Source: Desulfurococcaceae archaeon
GTDB taxonomy: Archaea > Thermoproteota > Thermoprotei_A > Sulfolobales > Desulfurococcaceae
NCBI GenBank assembly: GCA_038816475.1
Contig: JAWBAI010000002.1
Location: 32,001 to 96,000, forward strand
Direction of reading: 5' to 3'
DNA length: 64,000 nt
Of this stretch, positions 60,325 to 64,000 are shown piece after piece; position 1 is the stretch's first letter, and each line of letters opens with the position of its first letter. Under the pieces are notes generated by a model. The model made no database searches, was not told where the DNA came from, and saw only the letters and a list, made by a program, of their open reading frames with translations. The translations under genes and the position numbers were made by a program.

Positions 60325-60886
60325 AGTTGAAGCTTACGATGATGGATTTTTTCCACCACACTACAAAGGTGGAAAAGGCTATACATACATCGCCGGTGTT
60401 TGCACTCACGGACCCAATAAAGTGTTAAGGATCGCTTGGAGCACGGTTAAAGTAGATGGAAACACAACTATGAACACTATACTCGAGCTCACGAAAATCC
60501 TAGAAGGAGAAATAATAATCCTCGATGGTGTCACCTACGCTGGGTTCGACTCTGTGGACCCAGACGTCTTAACATCAAGTACCGGTAAAGCTACCATAGT
60601 AGTACTTCAGTACCCGCTAAACCTTAGTCGAATTGAGAAAGCTCTAAAGAAGCACTTTGAAGACTGGATGGAGAGATTTCGTGTCATAAGAAAAGTTTAC
60701 GAGAACAGTATTCACGTTGCAACACCGTGGAAAACCATCAGGATCTACGCTACTGGTGTAGGTATCGAGAAAGCTCTAGAAACAATGAGAATGCTTTGCA
60801 TATATAGTCCTATACCGGAACCCCTCAGGATAGCACACACAATTGCATCCGCTCTATCTAGACTTAGAATGAGCATTAAACCTTAG
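60311..60886 (+). CDS. DUF99/UPF0215 endonuclease V-like protein
   Basis: YDDG.F, VDG, LDGVTYAGF, IPEPLRIAH motifs. Confidence 0.85.
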   Translation: MMQSKVEAYDDGFFPPHYKGGKGYTYIAGVCTHGPNKVLRIAWSTVKVDGNTTMNTILELTKILEGEIIILDGVTYAGFDSVDPDVLTSSTGKATIVVLQYPLNLSRIEKALKKHFEDWMERFRVIRKVYENSIHVATPWKTIRIYATGVGIEKALETMRMLCIYSPIPEPLRIAHTIASALSRLRMSIKP

Positions 60887-61164
60887 AGTCTGCAATTTGA
60901 AATACTTTGTACTAAACCCGTCGTTCCCGATTTCGTACTAGTTTCTGTCGGTTTTAGAGAGGAAAATGCTTATGGATACTCTACATAATGAATCGTTTGG
61001 AAGCGATCTCTATGGAGTTGAAACCCCCGGTTGAGGTTTCCTTGGGAATATTGGAGTTTGAGGCTTCCGGCTGTTCTGAACCCACAGGAGTTATGTGAAC
61101 CCAAGACCAATTCAGAGAAGTGGGTGAAGCGATTCCATCAATTGACATACAGGAATTAAATTAA

Positions 61165-61250
61165 TAGCCGGGCGGGGATTCGAACCCCGGTCACGGGGTT
61201 TCCTCCGAACGGCCAAAGCCCCGCATCCTTGGCCGCTAGACGACCCGGCT
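61165..61250 (-). tRNA. tRNA-Gln(UUG) with 13-nt canonical (37/38) intron at 61200-61212
   Basis: AGCCGGG/CCCGGCU stem (A1-U72); CGGGG-CUUUGG[CCGUUCGGAGGAA]A-CCCCG; CUUU/GAGG central helix. Confidence 0.92.
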
Positions 61251-61412
61251 ACTTGTCCGTACTTTTATATTTGATAACAAGGGCTTAATAGGTCTTTCAC
61301 ACGCAGAGCGGTGCTCTGGTTCAATTCATCTTTATTCTTTTAAAAGCCTTCTCATGAGTAAGGTTTTTAAACTTAGCGTTAAGTATATAAGGGGGTAAAT
61401 CAGGCCAATATT

Positions 61413-62402
61413 ATGCTGGTGTTTTGTACTATGCTCTTCTTCGAGGAACCTGTCGAAGAAGAATCTTCTCAGCAATCTCAACCTTCCTCAAAAGAGCAAG
61501 GTTCATCTATCGAGTGTCCTCAAGATAAGATAGTGTATGATGTATCAAAGGCAGAGTACGTGTGCTTGGAAACAGGAGAAGTCATTGAAGACAGGGTAAT
61601 TGATGAAAGAGCTGAGTGGAGAGCGTTTACGCCGGAGGAGAGAGAAAGAAGAGCTAGAGCTGGTAGTCCAATTACACCCACAGTACACGATATGGGTTTC
61701 ACCACGGCAATAGATTACATGGATAGAGATGCATCTGGTAAAGTTCTAGTGAACAAGAAGTATCAGCTTAGCAAGCTTAGAAAGCTGCAATCAAGAACGA
61801 GAATTCTAAGTAGTGTTGAGAGGAACCTAGCACAAGCCATGAACGAGCTAGACAGATTAGCAAGCGCTCTTAATCTCCCATCGTACATCAAGGAGGAAGC
61901 TGCGCGAATATACAGAGAAGCTGTTATTAAAGGCCTCGTTCGTGGTAGAAGCATTGAAAGCGTTGTAGCCTCTGCCGTTTACTTAGCATGTAGAATAAGG
62001 AAACTGCCAAGAACGCTCGATGAGATTCAAGAGTATACAAAGGTTAGTAGGAAGGAAATTGCACGTTGCTATAGAATGCTCGTTAGAGAACTAGGAATAA
62101 GACCAACTACAGTGGATCCATCGGACTTCGTACCAAGAATAGCCCGCGACCTTAAGTTACCTGGATCCGTTGTTAAGACAGCAATAGAAATAATTAACAA
62201 GGCAAGAGATGCCGGTGTTCTCGGAGGCAAAGACCCCGTGGGTTCGGCCGCAGCTGCAGTATACTTAGCTTCCAAATTGCTCAACGTTGATGTATCACAA
62301 AAAGAGGTAGCAAACAAAGCAGGAGTAACAGAGGTTACTGTTAGAAACAGGTGCAAAGAATTCATGGACGCCCTCGGAATACAGGTGGAAGGTTTAGAAT
62401 AG
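61413..62402 (+). CDS. tfb: Transcription initiation factor B
   Basis: EWRAF..EE...RAR.G, ERNLAQA..EL, GLVRGRSIE, GKDP, AGVTEVTVRNR; TATA-like AAGTATATAA at 61381. Confidence 0.96.
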   Translation: MLVFCTMLFFEEPVEEESSQQSQPSSKEQGSSIECPQDKIVYDVSKAEYVCLETGEVIEDRVIDERAEWRAFTPEERERRARAGSPITPTVHDMGFTTAIDYMDRDASGKVLVNKKYQLSKLRKLQSRTRILSSVERNLAQAMNELDRLASALNLPSYIKEEAARIYREAVIKGLVRGRSIESVVASAVYLACRIRKLPRTLDEIQEYTKVSRKEIARCYRMLVRELGIRPTTVDPSDFVPRIARDLKLPGSVVKTAIEIINKARDAGVLGGKDPVGSAAAAVYLASKLLNVDVSQKEVANKAGVTEVTVRNRCKEFMDALGIQVEGLE

Positions 62403-62468
62403 GCCTGAGCAGGTACAGATTTTAAAAACGTTGAACCGTATGTACATGCATATAGCCATGTTTATTCA

Positions 62469-62780
62469 CTAGCTCATCACTATAACGTTCTCCTCCGGTA
62501 AACCCAGTTCTTCTACTAGCATTTGCTTAACTCTCTGTCTATGATCCCCCTGAACCTCTATTCTACCCTCCTCCTCTCTGTATGTTCCACCCGCAGCTAG
62601 CTTAGTCTTAAGAAATCTTGCTAGGTGCTTAAGGAGTTCTTTATCGTTGGGTAGCCCGTCTATCACGGTAACAGGCTTACCGAATTTTCTTACGTCTAGC
62701 CTTATCTTTATTAGCGGTGCTTCAACTAGTAGTTTTTCACAAATCTCTGAGGGCATACCACCGCATTCTAATCCTGACAT
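62469..62780 (-). CDS. sui1: Translation initiation factor aIF1 (SUI1)
   Basis: RKFGKPVTVIDG, LKTKLAAGGT, IEVQGDH. Confidence 0.95.
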   Translation of the reverse strand: MSGLECGGMPSEICEKLLVEAPLIKIRLDVRKFGKPVTVIDGLPNDKELLKHLARFLKTKLAAGGTYREEEGRIEVQGDHRQRVKQMLVEELGLPEENVIVMS

Positions 62781-62989
62781 GCGCTTCCATACCACCGGAA
62801 TTCTACTATAGTAACATGGCTTAAAAGCCTAAAACTATAATAGAAGCTTCACGCTACTCGACGCTTAATCCGTTCTGTACTTACCTGGTTTTACCGTGAG
62901 AAAGAAGCACGAGGTTTTTACCAAGGAAAAGTTATAACGGTTTTTAAAATTAACGAGTAAAAGGGTATGAAGAGTTAATGGTGCTTTGA

Positions 62990-63139
62990 ATGGTCAAGTA
63001 CAAATGCGGTAGATGCGGATACGTATTCGACGTTGAAGAGATGATCAAAACGTTTGGTAGACAAGTTAGATGCCCTAAGTGTACCTACGAGATAATCTAT
63101 AAAGTCGCGAGAACATATAGAATTGTTAGAGCGATCTAG
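62990..63139 (+). CDS. rpo12: RNA polymerase subunit Rpo12 (P)
   Basis: Not in ORF track (49 aa): MVKYKCGRCGYVFDVEEMIKTFGRQVRCPKCTYEIIYKVARTYRIVRAI, two CxxC motifs and a typical C-terminus. Confidence 0.82.
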   Translation: MVKYKCGRCGYVFDVEEMIKTFGRQVRCPKCTYEIIYKVARTYRIVRAI

Positions 63140-64000
63140 CTGCTTTTCATCTTTTCAACGTATAATCCAACAATCTCCAGTCCTATTTTTGCTGCTACTA
63201 TGCTAGTTATATCGCCGTGGTCTACGAGTGGGTTCACCTCGACCAAGTCTACAGCAACTAAGTTCTCAGTTTTACTGAGGACCTTGATAAGAGCTTTTGC
63301 AAACTCCTCTAGACTTAGTCCTAAAGGTTCTGGGTTTGAAACCCCGGGAGCTACTGAGGGGTCTAACACGTCTAAGTCTATACTTATGTAGACGCGTCCC
63401 AGGTTTCCCAGGTCAAGATCACCTTTCCTAACCCTTAGAACATTGTACAACTCAACCTTTGAGTTCTTTGCGAATTCCAGTTCATCTCTACTGTAGGCTC
63501 TCGAGCCAATATGTACTACTTTAAACCCCTCTTCAACAAGTTTTCTCAGAAATGTTGCATGGTTCAACATGGATCCCAAGTACTCAGACCTCATGTCTAG
63601 ATGCGCGTCGAATACGATCAACGTGTCTATTTTGTTCTTCAGAGCTAACACTGTTGGATAAGTAACCAGGTGCTCGCCACCTAGAACAATAAGTAGTTGT
63701 TCATGCTCCCTGCTTATACTCCTGACAGCGTAATCTACTAGCTCAAGTGATCTTTCAACATCTCCTGGAGGAATGTTCAAGTCTCCGTAGTCTCTGTAGC
63801 CGATATCCTCCAGCGATCTCTCAGCTAGAAGACTGTAAAGTTCCAGGTTGCACGACGCTTCTCTAATTCTAGCTGGTGCAAACCTGCTTCCAGGTCTATA
63901 AGTGCTTGTCGCATCTAGAGGTACACCAACAACTGCTATTGGTGATAGCTCATCGCTCACGCATCCAAAAACCCTTGGGAGTAGCAGGGTTCTCCAGCTC
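63136..64000 (-). CDS. speB: Agmatinase (ureohydrolase); start codon probably just beyond the window edge
   Basis: RPGSRFAP, GGEH, FDAHLD, ISIDLDVLDP..APG; frame stays open to 64000. Confidence 0.92.
   Translation of the reverse strand, partial: SWRTLLLPRVFGCVSDELSPIAVVGVPLDATSTYRPGSRFAPARIREASCNLELYSLLAERSLEDIGYRDYGDLNIPPGDVERSLELVDYAVRSISREHEQLLIVLGGEHLVTYPTVLALKNKIDTLIVFDAHLDMRSEYLGSMLNHATFLRKLVEEGFKVVHIGSRAYSRDELEFAKNSKVELYNVLRVRKGDLDLGNLGRVYISIDLDVLDPSVAPGVSNPEPLGLSLEEFAKALIKVLSKTENLVAVDLVEVNPLVDHGDITSIVAAKIGLEIVGLYVEKMKSS

Noticed and set aside
60981-61148. 55-codon minus-strand ORF (MSIDGIASPT...) downstream of tRNA-Gln
   Set aside because: No SD or recognisable motif, and the Ser/Pro/Thr-rich composition is compatible with chance.
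61513-61580. TFB zinc ribbon with only two Cys (CPQD...CLET)
   Set aside because: The same degenerate ribbon is known in crenarchaeal TFB1 proteins; not novel.

Overview
Core-genome segment of a hyperthermophilic crenarchaeon (Thermoproteota, probably Desulfurococcales). This placement is inferred from the unsplit RpoB, split RpoA'/A'', long-form eS6, degenerate TFB zinc ribbon, Aeropyrum-type O-phosphoserine sulfhydrylase and GC-rich tRNAs with BHB introns. Most of the window is the conserved information-processing supercluster: RNA polymerase subunits, ribosomal proteins, EF-1alpha, aIF1/aIF2gamma/aIF5B, KEOPS, RNase P proteins, SRP54, GluRS, Orc1/Cdc6 and TFB. It holds four tRNAs (two with 13-nt introns) and one box C/D sRNA. 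Three genes missing from the ORF track were added: a truncated tetraether lipid synthase (Tes)-like radical SAM gene at the left edge, eS31 and Rpo12. The first ~10 kb is more variable: two tandem ubiquitin-like genes behind Fap7 and a YlqF GTPase, a convergent GH130/GT4 pair, and a half-size chromate transporter. It also contains an ~800-bp non-coding, AT-rich region where short AAAC/GAAAC motifs, partly in ~19-20 bp phase, point inward from both sides. That region is the best novel-structure candidate and may be a replication origin unlinked to cdc6. No transposases, integrases or CRISPR arrays were seen. Family calls come from motif recognition and synteny, not database searches, and many start codons were adjusted by eye.
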